A DNA stretch of 64,000 bases from Candidatus Latescibacterota bacterium (GTDB lineage Bacteria > Latescibacterota > CBDEFO01), in the NCBI GenBank assembly GCA_965237525.1, contig CBDEFO010000008.1:1912494-1976493 (forward strand). Direction: 5' to 3'. Below the pieces are notes generated by a model. It worked only from the letters and a program-made list of their open reading frames with translations. It did no database searches and was not told the origin of the DNA. The position numbers and the translations under genes are program-made. Shown here one piece after another: positions 38,000 through 46,471 of the stretch. Within the stretch, counting starts at the first letter, position 1, and each line of letters opens with the position of its first letter.

Positions 38000-38764
38000 T
38001 TGACGATGGCTGCATCCATGTTTGAGCTTGATGGGCGCGTGGCGTTGGTCACCGGAGGTGGCAGTGGGCTGGGCCAGGCAATTTCCTGCGGCCTTGCCGA
38101 CGCTGGCGCCCGTGTGGCTGTGACCGACAGAAATCTCGAGGGCGCTCGGGAGACCCTTGATATGATCCAGCAGAAGGGGGGAAAGGCCAGGGCCGACCAC
38201 ATGGATGTCAAGAATCGGGGGGAGATCGAGCAGGTTGTGGCCGATGTTCTCTCCGAATGGCAGGCCATAGACATCCTGGTTAACTCCGCAGGTCTTGCAA
38301 TCAGGGGAACGGCGCTCGACTACGCGGAATCCGACTGGGATGAGATTATGGCGATCAATCTGAAGGGAACCTTTTTAACCATGCAGATCGTCGGACGGCA
38401 CATGGCCGAACGCAAACGAGGGAAAATCATCAATCTGGCATCCATCGGCGCCTTTGTCGCCTATCCAGGCAGTATGGCTTATCTGGCCAGCAAGGGCGGG
38501 GTCGTCCAGCTGACCAGATCTTTCGCCGTGGAACTGGCCTCCGTCAACGTGCAGGTTAATGCCATTGCACCGTCTCTCTTCGATACGCCTCAGATAAGGA
38601 GAGTCCGTTCTGACTCTTTGGATTACTTTGTCCAGCGGACACCGGCGGGACGGCTGGGACAACCTGAAGAGATTGTAGGCGCCGCCATTTTCCTGGCGTC
38701 GGATGCATCTCCCATGGTCACCGGACATACACTGGCGGTCGATGGCGGATACCTGTCAGTATAG
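38000..38764 (+). CDS. SDR-family oxidoreductase
   Basis: TGGGSGLGQAI cofactor motif. Catalytic Y…K (AYLASK). Confidence 0.85.
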   Translation: MTMAASMFELDGRVALVTGGGSGLGQAISCGLADAGARVAVTDRNLEGARETLDMIQQKGGKARADHMDVKNRGEIEQVVADVLSEWQAIDILVNSAGLAIRGTALDYAESDWDEIMAINLKGTFLTMQIVGRHMAERKRGKIINLASIGAFVAYPGSMAYLASKGGVVQLTRSFAVELASVNVQVNAIAPSLFDTPQIRRVRSDSLDYFVQRTPAGRLGQPEEIVGAAIFLASDASPMVTGHTLAVDGGYLSV

Positions 38765-38821
38765 GCTATCGCCCCCGCATCGATTCATTCCACAGCCACA
38801 TCCATATCGGGAGGTAAAGAG

Positions 38822-39604
38822 ATGGATCTAACAGGAAAAGTAGCCGTAGTGACCGGCGCCGGGGCTGGTATCGGCCGCGGCGTCGGTCTGGCCTTTGCCG
38901 AACACGGCGCTGCTGTTGCCGTCGTGGACATCAACCTGGACGCCGCCCGCGAAACCGCGGGTAAAATCGGCCAGGGGGAAGATAGAGTCCTGGCCGTTCA
39001 AGCCGACGTGGGGGAGGAAGACAGCGTGGATGCGGCATTCAGCGCCATCGTCGAAAAATTCGGTCAGGTCGACCATTTGCTTAATGTAGCTGGCTTCGAG
39101 CTGTACAAGGAATTTCTGGACTATAGCAGTGGGGAGTGGGACCGACAGTTGGCGGTGAATCTAAAGAGCGTCTTTCTGTGCGCTCGACGAGCGGTACCCC
39201 CCATGATTCAGGCTGGAGGCGGCAGCATCGTTAATACAGCTTCGGTACAGGCCCTGGCGACGACCGGCAAAATCGCACCGTATGCCGCAGCCAAGGGCGG
39301 GATTGTCGCCATGACCCGTGATATGGCGCGCGATCTTGGGAAATTCAATATCCGCGTCAACTCCATTTTGCCCGGTGTCATTCAAACACCCATGCTGGAT
39401 CGATCTTTTGACGATACCGCGGATCGGGATGCCTACATGGAAAAGTTGAAGAAGGCACTCCCCCTGGGTCGAATCGGCGCACCGGCCGATATCGCCAATG
39501 TGGCCCTCTTTCTGACTTCTCCCCTGGCGGCATACGTAACCGGCATAGCCCTGATTGTAGATGGAGGCATGATGTGCAAACTCCCACTACCCGAAGGGGA
39601 CTGA
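38822..39604 (+). CDS. SDR-family oxidoreductase
   Basis: TGAGAGIGRG. Catalytic YAAAK. Confidence 0.85.
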   Translation: MDLTGKVAVVTGAGAGIGRGVGLAFAEHGAAVAVVDINLDAARETAGKIGQGEDRVLAVQADVGEEDSVDAAFSAIVEKFGQVDHLLNVAGFELYKEFLDYSSGEWDRQLAVNLKSVFLCARRAVPPMIQAGGGSIVNTASVQALATTGKIAPYAAAKGGIVAMTRDMARDLGKFNIRVNSILPGVIQTPMLDRSFDDTADRDAYMEKLKKALPLGRIGAPADIANVALFLTSPLAAYVTGIALIVDGGMMCKLPLPEGD

Positions 39605-39606
39605 GT

Positions 39607-39621
39607 CCAGCAATCGCGGGG
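39607..39621. repeat. 15-bp direct repeat CCAGCAATCGCGGGG (left copy) flanking the ROCO-carrying unit
   Basis: Identical 15-mer at 42630..42644. Each copy directly abuts an inverted-repeat terminus. Confidence 0.7.
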
Positions 39622-39695
39622 TCTGTAAGGAATTTTGTGTAAATGGGAAAATGAGTTACATTTAGTCAACCACCATTTACGTGAGGAGTTCTTAC

Positions 39696-39791
39696 ATGAA
39701 CAAGCTAGGCCCGAAGTTGATTGAAGAGCTGCTAAGAGACTACGAGAAGCCGGAAGACATAATCGGTGAAGATGGTTTTTTGAAGCAGGTG
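39696..39791 (+). pseudogene. N-terminal remnant (~32 aa) of an IS256-family (Mutator-type) transposase
   Basis: MNKLGPKLIEELLRDYEKPEDIIGEDGFLKQ matches the conserved IS256-family N-terminus (…LDELLKDY.GPEDLLGEDGLLKQL…). No transposase body follows in any frame. Confidence 0.55.
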
Positions 39792-40053
39792 GGCGAATCG
39801 GGCTGCGCACATCGACACACCTGTACGGCGTGCTGTCGTCTAACGACCTTCCGACGATCATCGATAGCAGGCATTGTTTCTTTGATCTCCTTGAAGATTC
39901 GTATGAACAGAACAATCTGGCACAGACCGATCGCGAGTCTAAGCTTGCCGACACGTTACATCAAAGGCTCGAAGCGTGGAACCGGAATACTTAATGGCTG
40001 ACTACCTAGCTGTTCGTTGTGGACGAGTTTTAATCTGAATAGGAGGTTCGCAG

Positions 40054-40401
40054 ATGACGAAAGAGGAACTCCTACTACTAATTGAACAATGCGGTAAAGA
40101 AGAATGGACGAAGCTTCACCTCATTGGAGAACGCTTGACCGAACTACCCCTGGAGATCTGTCAGCTGACCAACTTGACATCGCTTGATCTCGGTGGCAAC
40201 CAGCTAACCACACTACCCCCGGAGATCTGTCAGCTGACCAACTTGACATCGCTTGTTCTCGGTGGCAACCAGCTGACCGCACTACCTCCGGAGATCTGTC
40301 AGCTGACCAACTTGACATCGCTTAATCTCAGTGGCAACCAGCTAACCGCACTTCCACAACCAGCTGTCCGTACTACCTCCGGAGATCGGCCAACTCACTA
40401 A
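40054..40401 (+). CDS. Leucine-rich-repeat N-terminal fragment of a ROCO protein (frame-disrupted)
   Basis: AGGAGG RBS. Three perfect 23-aa LRRs (PEICQLTNLTSL.L.GNQLT.LP) encoded by 69-bp near-identical tandem DNA repeats. Frame breaks at ~40350-40400. Confidence 0.6.
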   Translation: MTKEELLLLIEQCGKEEWTKLHLIGERLTELPLEICQLTNLTSLDLGGNQLTTLPPEICQLTNLTSLVLGGNQLTALPPEICQLTNLTSLNLSGNQLTALPQPAVRTTSGDRPTH

Positions 40402-40490
40402 TCGGAGATCTGTGACCAACAGAGTCCGTACTACCTCCGGAGATCTGTCCTAATCTCTTCGACAACCAGCTGACCGCACTACCTCCGGAG

Positions 40491-42485
40491 ATGTGTCAGC
40501 TGACCAACTTGACATCGCTTGATCTCAGTGGCAACCAGCTGTCCGTACTACCTCCGGAGATCGGCCAACTCACTAATCTGACAGAGCTTGACCTAATAGA
40601 AAACCCGCTCCCCATTCCCCCTGAGATTTTAAGTAAAATAGATCAGCCTGAAACTATTATCAACTATTATTTGCAGCATGAAACTGGTCTGAAAAGACCG
40701 TTAAGTGAAGCCAAGATGTTGCTCATCGGGCAGGGAAGCGTGGGGAAAACTTCGCTGGTCAAGCGGCTGGTGGAAGGCTGCTTTGACCCTCATGAAAACA
40801 AAACGGAGGGCATTGACATCAGACGATGGGCTGTGGACGTCGATGGGAAGAACATCCGGATCAACGTCTGGGATTTCGGCGGTCAGGAGATCATGCACGC
40901 CACCCACCAGTTTTTTCTCACCAGACGCAGCCTCTATCTGCTTGTCTTGGACACCAGGCTGGACGAACAGGAGAATCGCTTAGAATATTGGCTCAAGATA
41001 ATCCAGAGCTTCGGGGGAGAGTCGCCCATCATCGTCGTGGGTAATAAAACTGACCAGCACCCGCTGGACATCGACCGGAACGTCCTGCAGAGCAAGTACA
41101 AGAGCATCAAAGTCTTTGTCGAAACTTCGTGCGATACTGGAGACGGCATCGAGGAGTTGAAAGCCGCCATCGCCAGAGAGGTCGGCGGTTTGGCACACAT
41201 CCACGATCAATTGCTGAACACCTGGTTTAACATCAAAACTCAGCTCGAAGGAATGACGGAGAATTACATTACATACACCGAGTATGTGGGCATTTGCAAA
41301 GTTGCGGGCATCACCGATCCTTTGAGCCAACGCACCCTCGCCAGCTTTCTCCACGATCTGGGCATCATTTTGAATTTCCAGGACAACCCCCGTCTGGAGG
41401 ACACCAACATCTTAAACCCCAAATGGGTCACAAACGGTGTCTATAATATTTTAAACTCCAATGTCCTGTTTCAAAGCAAGGGAGTTTTGGAACTGGAGCA
41501 GCTCTACCAAGTTTTGGACCATGAGGAATACCCTCGGCAAAAGCACCTGTTCATCATGGACATGATGCGCAAGTTTGAGCTCTGTTTCAATTTTGAAGGC
41601 TTTACCGACCAGAAGTTCCTGGTTCCTGACCTGCTCTCCAAAGAAGAACCGTACACTGGCGATTGGGATGGCGCGTTAGCTTTTCAATATCATTACAACG
41701 TCCTTCCCACCAGCATCATTTCCCGCTTCATCGTGAGGATGCAGGCCTTTATTCACCAAAACACTTTCTGGCGCTATGGAGTCGTGCTAGAGGATGGGGG
41801 GAACAAAGCCCTGGTAAAAGTGGATGTAGAGGAGAAAGAGACTATAATCTGTGTGAGTGGCCCGGAACGAACGCGGCGCGAATTCCTGTCAAACATCCGC
41901 TTCGAGTTCAACGCGATCCACAAGACAATTCCCAGAATCGAGGAGATGGAAAAGGTGCCCTTGCCCGATCATCCGGAGATCTTGGTAAGCTATGACCACT
42001 TGCTGAACCTGGAAAAAGCGGGCATAAAGAGCTATATCCCTGAAGGACTGGTAGATGCAGTGGATGTCAATGAGTTGCTCAACGGCATTGAAACCCAGGA
42101 AGAACGCCGAAAGCGTAGGGAAGGAGAAGTTGAACCTCGTCCAAAACCACTGCCGACCGAACCCACCCCATCAAGTGATGAGACAGTCAGGAAGAAAAGT
42201 CCGTGGTTTTCAGGAACGTTTTATTTGTTTGCGGCACTCCTTGTTTTGGGAGCAATTGCCATTATCGGCATCTTTGCGCCTTCGTACATTCTCCCAATCG
42301 CAATTATTGGCACGGTAATAATTATCTCCGTAATCAGCGCTTGCCAGTTACGCCAGGATGAACGTTTGAGTGAAGAAAGCTTTTTGACGTCTGTGCGTCA
42401 GTTCTTGAAGCAGATGACATTACTCAAAGGCGTCAGGCCATCAGAGGAGGCGCTGGAGGAAAAAGGTGGGGAGGATTCCGAATAA
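40491..42485 (+). CDS. ROCO-family protein: LRR – Roc (Ras-like GTPase) – COR – C-terminal TM segment
   Basis: Further LRRs, then P-loop GQGSVGKTSL, switch II DFGGQE, NKTD G4 motif and a COR-like domain. Two predicted TM helices near the C-terminus. Confidence 0.75.
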   Translation: MCQLTNLTSLDLSGNQLSVLPPEIGQLTNLTELDLIENPLPIPPEILSKIDQPETIINYYLQHETGLKRPLSEAKMLLIGQGSVGKTSLVKRLVEGCFDPHENKTEGIDIRRWAVDVDGKNIRINVWDFGGQEIMHATHQFFLTRRSLYLLVLDTRLDEQENRLEYWLKIIQSFGGESPIIVVGNKTDQHPLDIDRNVLQSKYKSIKVFVETSCDTGDGIEELKAAIAREVGGLAHIHDQLLNTWFNIKTQLEGMTENYITYTEYVGICKVAGITDPLSQRTLASFLHDLGIILNFQDNPRLEDTNILNPKWVTNGVYNILNSNVLFQSKGVLELEQLYQVLDHEEYPRQKHLFIMDMMRKFELCFNFEGFTDQKFLVPDLLSKEEPYTGDWDGALAFQYHYNVLPTSIISRFIVRMQAFIHQNTFWRYGVVLEDGGNKALVKVDVEEKETIICVSGPERTRREFLSNIRFEFNAIHKTIPRIEEMEKVPLPDHPEILVSYDHLLNLEKAGIKSYIPEGLVDAVDVNELLNGIETQEERRKRREGEVEPRPKPLPTEPTPSSDETVRKKSPWFSGTFYLFAALLVLGAIAIIGIFAPSYILPIAIIGTVIIISVISACQLRQDERLSEESFLTSVRQFLKQMTLLKGVRPSEEALEEKGGEDSE

Positions 42486-42629
42486 CGTCTGTGTCGAACT
42501 TATGATGTACTCCACTTTCGCATCACCTTCGAAAAACTCAAAGGGGAACCAGAAGAGTCGCTCATAGAGGACACTCGACAAATGTGATGCGCTGCGAGCA
42601 AACCCATTTACACAAAAAATCTGACACAC

Positions 42630-42644
42630 CCAGCAATCGCGGGG
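42630..42644. repeat. 15-bp direct repeat CCAGCAATCGCGGGG (right copy)
   Basis: See 39607..39621. Confidence 0.7.
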
Positions 42645-42716
42645 CTGATCCAATCTTCTATCTATGAGCTACAACCAGAACGAAGAGTTCCCAAATAGGA
42701 TTCACAAGGAGGACAG

Positions 42717-44195
42717 ATGAAGTTCAGATATACTATAATCCTTGCGGTTATCTTTGCAGGGCTCCTTGCTTTTGCGCTCCGCGATAAACGACAGCGCCAG
42801 GAGAAAGAAGAGACAAAAAAGGAGGCGGAGAAGTTACTTATATTTGACAGAGATCAGGTGAGACGGCTGACTCTGATCCGGGAGGATGAGACCATTGTGG
42901 CAGAAAAAGAGGAGTCGGGAGAATGGAAGATAGTTTCCCCTGTCCAGACAGACGCTGACAACGACGCTGTTGAAAGGCTCATAGACAACATTGGAAACAC
43001 CCGAACAGATAGAGTCCTCGTAAAGGAGGTGGATGTAGAGGACGCAGAAGAGACACTCGAAGGATACGGTCTGGATAAACCCACTGTCGTTCTGCACATG
43101 GAGCTGGAAGGTGATGCGACCAGTACGTACGGTCAACTGGATACGGTTTACTATGGGGGAGAAAGCCCTACCAGTTCCTACGCATACGTAAGGAAAGGGC
43201 AGAGTCTGGATATACTTACTATCCCGCTTTGGAGGAGGGATAATGTGGACAAGCAGCTTTTCGATCTGAGAGATCAAAGGGTGCTGGGGTTTCAAAGCGA
43301 TGAAGTGAGACAATTAGATATCAAAAGGGCTGGTATTTTAATGTCGGTCTCCAGGTCGGGAAGTATGTGGAACATAGATAAACCTGTCCAGGACAGAGGT
43401 GACGGAGACGAAATAGATAAGATCATACGAAAGCTGAATCAGGAGAAGGTCAAAGAGTTCGTCAGCGAATCGCCTGACATGGGTGAGCTTGAGGGATACG
43501 GGCTTACAGATCCGCATGTAGAGGTCACACTCTGGCTGGGGGCGGACAGAGCTAAGAAGATTCTCTATATCGGAGACGAAAAGCGTAGTGATCTCTATGC
43601 CCAGGATAAAGAGGACGCTGATCGCTACGCCAAGGATGAATCGAAGGAAGCTGTCTTTCTGATATCTTCCGAATTGAAGGAGGCCCTGGAGGTAGACCCC
43701 TTTGCGCTTCGATACAAACAATTAGCTGATTTCGAAAGCGACGATATAGACAAGGTGGAGTTCGCATACAAAGAAGAGGCGCCCACTCCGTATAACGCGA
43801 TCTTATGTGTGAAGGACACGTCTGGTAACTGGAGCGTGGCATTCCCATCCCCGATAGATTCAATCGGGCAAAAGAAAGATGCCAAAGGATGGAAGATTCG
43901 CGGTGCTATGAGTGATATAGCTGATCTCAAAGCTGAGAAGTTCCTCCCAGAGGAGTCTTCCGACACGGAGTCGGCGCTGGACCTGTCCCAGTACGGTCTT
44001 GAGCGCCCGCGCATCACCGTCAGATTGTGGAAGGGAGAGAAGCTGGTGCTCCAGTTTTTCATCGGCAAGGGGAAGGATGAGTTCGTCTACGCCAAGACAT
44101 CCCAAAGCGATAGGGTCTACCTTGTCAGAAAGAGTATAGTGGAGGATCTGAACTTCACTATAGACGACATAGCAGTATCAGAAGGAGGGGCTTGA
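42717..44195 (+). CDS. DUF4340-like protein (usual partner of GldG-type ABC modules)
   Basis: N-terminal TM anchor. Repetitive beta-rich domains typical of DUF4340. A REP copy is embedded in frame. Confidence 0.5.
   Translation: MKFRYTIILAVIFAGLLAFALRDKRQRQEKEETKKEAEKLLIFDRDQVRRLTLIREDETIVAEKEESGEWKIVSPVQTDADNDAVERLIDNIGNTRTDRVLVKEVDVEDAEETLEGYGLDKPTVVLHMELEGDATSTYGQLDTVYYGGESPTSSYAYVRKGQSLDILTIPLWRRDNVDKQLFDLRDQRVLGFQSDEVRQLDIKRAGILMSVSRSGSMWNIDKPVQDRGDGDEIDKIIRKLNQEKVKEFVSESPDMGELEGYGLTDPHVEVTLWLGADRAKKILYIGDEKRSDLYAQDKEDADRYAKDESKEAVFLISSELKEALEVDPFALRYKQLADFESDDIDKVEFAYKEEAPTPYNAILCVKDTSGNWSVAFPSPIDSIGQKKDAKGWKIRGAMSDIADLKAEKFLPEESSDTESALDLSQYGLERPRITVRLWKGEKLVLQFFIGKGKDEFVYAKTSQSDRVYLVRKSIVEDLNFTIDDIAVSEGGA
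43849..43869. repeat. REP-like palindrome (reverse) embedded in-frame in a CDS
   Basis: CCCCGATAGATTCAATCGGGC encodes P-I-D-S-I-G-Q inside ORF 42717..44195. Confidence 0.65.
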
Positions 44196-45190
44196 GGGAA
44201 GAAATGGGCAAGGTGCAAGCCGTAGTCTTTAGAGCCGCGGCGGTTATGTTTATCTGGCTTTACCCCTCCTTTTGTCAAAGCGGCGTTACTGTCAGGTCAG
44301 AGGTCGACAGGTCCACTATTACCGTCGGCGACCCTATCAAGTATACTCTCATTATCACTTACGAAGAATACGATAGAGTCTATCCTCCTCCTCTGGCCTC
44401 CAACCTCGGCCAGTTTGAGATCAAGGACTTCAAATACCCCCGGACTATGCGGACAGACGAGGGACTCCTCGAGGTGAGGACGGAATATACCGTAACTGCC
44501 TACAGGACAGGTGACTTTCAGATACCTCCCCTAATAATTGGATTTGTCACAGCGGAGGGGGACAGCGGTTGGATAGAGTCCGAGCCTATAGCGATCAGGA
44601 TCCAGAGCGTGAATGTGGAGGGGGCTAAGGATATCCGCGATATTAAAGGCCCCGTTGAAATCCCGCAGGGAGTAAGGTCGTGGATGATCTGGAGCGGGGT
44701 TGCCCTGCTTGTAGCTTTAGCGGGCGTGTGCCTCCATATCTTGGCAAGTAGGAAAAAAAGACTGCAAGAAGATATAGCGACAGAGCCGGATGTCCCCATA
44801 GACGAACTTGGGGAGTTCGACAAGATAGATGCCCTGGGTCTGATAGAAAAGGGTCAATACAAAGAACATTATATATTGATCTCAGAGGCCCTCAGAAGAT
44901 ATATAGAGAGACGCTACAAAGTAGAGGCTATGGAGAGGACTACCTATGAGCTTCTGGCCGATATGAACGATGCCAGGGCAGAACGTATGATAGAGATAGA
45001 AAAAGAGCACATAGAGTCAATAGATGATTTTCTCTCAGGATGTGATCTGGTCAAATTCGCCAAGTATATGCCTCGTTTAGAAGAAGCGAAAGGCTCTACA
45101 CAAAGAGCCACGGCCATCGTGAAGGATACACAGATAAAGGAGTCTAAAGAACCGGACGAAGTCTTAGAATCCGAGGCTTCCCGAGGATAG
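44192..45190 (+). CDS. Membrane protein of the MoxR/Bat cluster (DUF4381/BatD-N-like)
   Basis: Signal or TM N-terminus, central TM helix, C-terminal helical domain. Start overlaps upstream stop. Confidence 0.45.
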   Translation: MREEMGKVQAVVFRAAAVMFIWLYPSFCQSGVTVRSEVDRSTITVGDPIKYTLIITYEEYDRVYPPPLASNLGQFEIKDFKYPRTMRTDEGLLEVRTEYTVTAYRTGDFQIPPLIIGFVTAEGDSGWIESEPIAIRIQSVNVEGAKDIRDIKGPVEIPQGVRSWMIWSGVALLVALAGVCLHILASRKKRLQEDIATEPDVPIDELGEFDKIDALGLIEKGQYKEHYILISEALRRYIERRYKVEAMERTTYELLADMNDARAERMIEIEKEHIESIDDFLSGCDLVKFAKYMPRLEEAKGSTQRATAIVKDTQIKESKEPDEVLESEASRG

Positions 45191-45197
45191 AATCGCT

Positions 45198-46220
45198 GTG
45201 ATGCGCTTTCAGAATCCATATCTACTTCTCCTTTTGCTGGTCATCCCGGTCATAATCTATCGCTACATTAAGGGTGAAAAGAGCGGGACGATACGGTTCT
45301 CCGATATAGGCTCTATCAAGAGCATCAGACCCTCCCTCAAACTCCGGCATAGTCTCATAGTCCTGAGATCCCTGGGATTGGCACTTTTAATAGTCGCTTT
45401 TGCGCGTCCGCAGTCTGGAACGGAAGAAAGAGAGATGCTCACAGAGGGAATAGACATCATCCTGACGCTGGACGCATCGGGCAGTATGCAGAGCAAAGAC
45501 CTTGACAGCAACAAAAAGTCCAGACTTGATGTCTCAAAAGAGGTCGTATCTGAGTTCGTGAATGGGCGCACAAATGATCGTTTGGGCTTGGTAGTCTTTG
45601 CCGGAAGGAGCGCTACGTGGTGTCCCTTGACGCTCGATTACGGGACTTTCTTGAATTTTCTGGACAGTGTGAGCATAGAGCAGCTCCAGGACATCGTAAT
45701 GTCAGACAGCACAGCCATAGGCACCGCTATTGCTAACTCTGTAGCCCAGCTTGGAGAGAGTGAGGCCAAAAGCAAGGTTATTATACTTCTTACGGACGGC
45801 TCCAACAACAAAGTGGACCGCATCCCGAACACGGGGATTGTAATGGACCCTATAACGGCGGCTCGTATCGCCGCCTCCCTCGGGATCAGAATATACACTA
45901 TCGGAGCCGGTAGCAAGGGGACAATAATGCGTGAAGTGGAGGGTATATTCGGCGTGCGCTTTCTGCCCTACCGGGTCGAAATAGATGAAGAGACGCTGCA
46001 GAAGATAGCCGACATCACAGGTGGGAAGTACTACAGAGCTACGAGCCAGGAGAAGCTGTCAGAGATCTACGAGGAGATAAGCCAACTGGAAAAGACCGAG
46101 ATCAAGACCAAGGAGCATGTGGAATACACGGAGATATTCTCAAAGTTTGCGCTGGCAGGGCTATTTATGTTGCTGTTGGAGATATTTCTGGCAAATACCA
46201 GATTCAGGAAAATACCTTAA
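45198..46220 (+). CDS. batA: vWA-domain aerotolerance-type protein BatA
   Basis: N-terminal TM pair, MIDAS DASGSM, C-terminal TM. Confidence 0.75.
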   Translation: MMRFQNPYLLLLLLVIPVIIYRYIKGEKSGTIRFSDIGSIKSIRPSLKLRHSLIVLRSLGLALLIVAFARPQSGTEEREMLTEGIDIILTLDASGSMQSKDLDSNKKSRLDVSKEVVSEFVNGRTNDRLGLVVFAGRSATWCPLTLDYGTFLNFLDSVSIEQLQDIVMSDSTAIGTAIANSVAQLGESEAKSKVIILLTDGSNNKVDRIPNTGIVMDPITAARIAASLGIRIYTIGAGSKGTIMREVEGIFGVRFLPYRVEIDEETLQKIADITGGKYYRATSQEKLSEIYEEISQLEKTEIKTKEHVEYTEIFSKFALAGLFMLLLEIFLANTRFRKIP

Positions 46221-46236
46221 GTGCGGTAGACAGTAG

Positions 46237-46259
46237 CCCCCGATAGATTCAATCGGGGG
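46237..46259. repeat. REP-like palindrome (reverse) flanked by GTAGACAG short repeats
   Basis: GTAGACAGTAG-CCCCCGATAGATTCAATCGGGGG-TGGACAGTAGACAGGACAAACAAGTAGACAGCAAACAGTAGTCAGTAGACAGG. Confidence 0.6.
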
Positions 46260-46347
46260 TGGACAGTAGACAGGACAAACAAGTAGACAGCAAACAGTAG
46301 TCAGTAGACAGGGCACCACCGCCCTTCCCACCAGATTGCTTTGCAGT

Positions 46348-46368
46348 CCCCGATATAAGCAATCGGGG
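46348..46368. repeat. REP-like palindrome variant with extended 12-bp stem
   Basis: GCAGTCCCCGAT-ATAAGCA-ATCGGGGACTGC. Confidence 0.55.
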
Positions 46369-46471
46369 ACTGCCCCTACAGATGAATTTAGGGACCAGAC
46401 CGCGTAGTTTGTCGCCTCCACTGCCTGACAACGCACGCGGTGGCAGCGGGACAACGGCCCCGACGAAAGCA

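Larger units (their letters stand above)
39622..42629 (+). mobile_element. ~3.0-kb TIR-bounded unit carrying an IS256-like transposase remnant and a ROCO GTPase gene
   Basis: Left end GTCTGTAAGGAATTTTGTGTAAATGGG vs reverse complement of right end GTGTGTCAGATTTTTTGTGTAAATGGG (22/27). TTTGTGTAAA core resembles IS256-family ends. Flanked by the 15-bp direct repeat. Confidence 0.6.

Noticed and set aside
39607-42644. The 15-bp direct repeats as attL/attR of an integrase-mediated integrative element
   Set aside because: No tyrosine or serine recombinase in or near the unit. The repeats abut inverted termini, which fits transposition better than site-specific integration. Left open as unusual.
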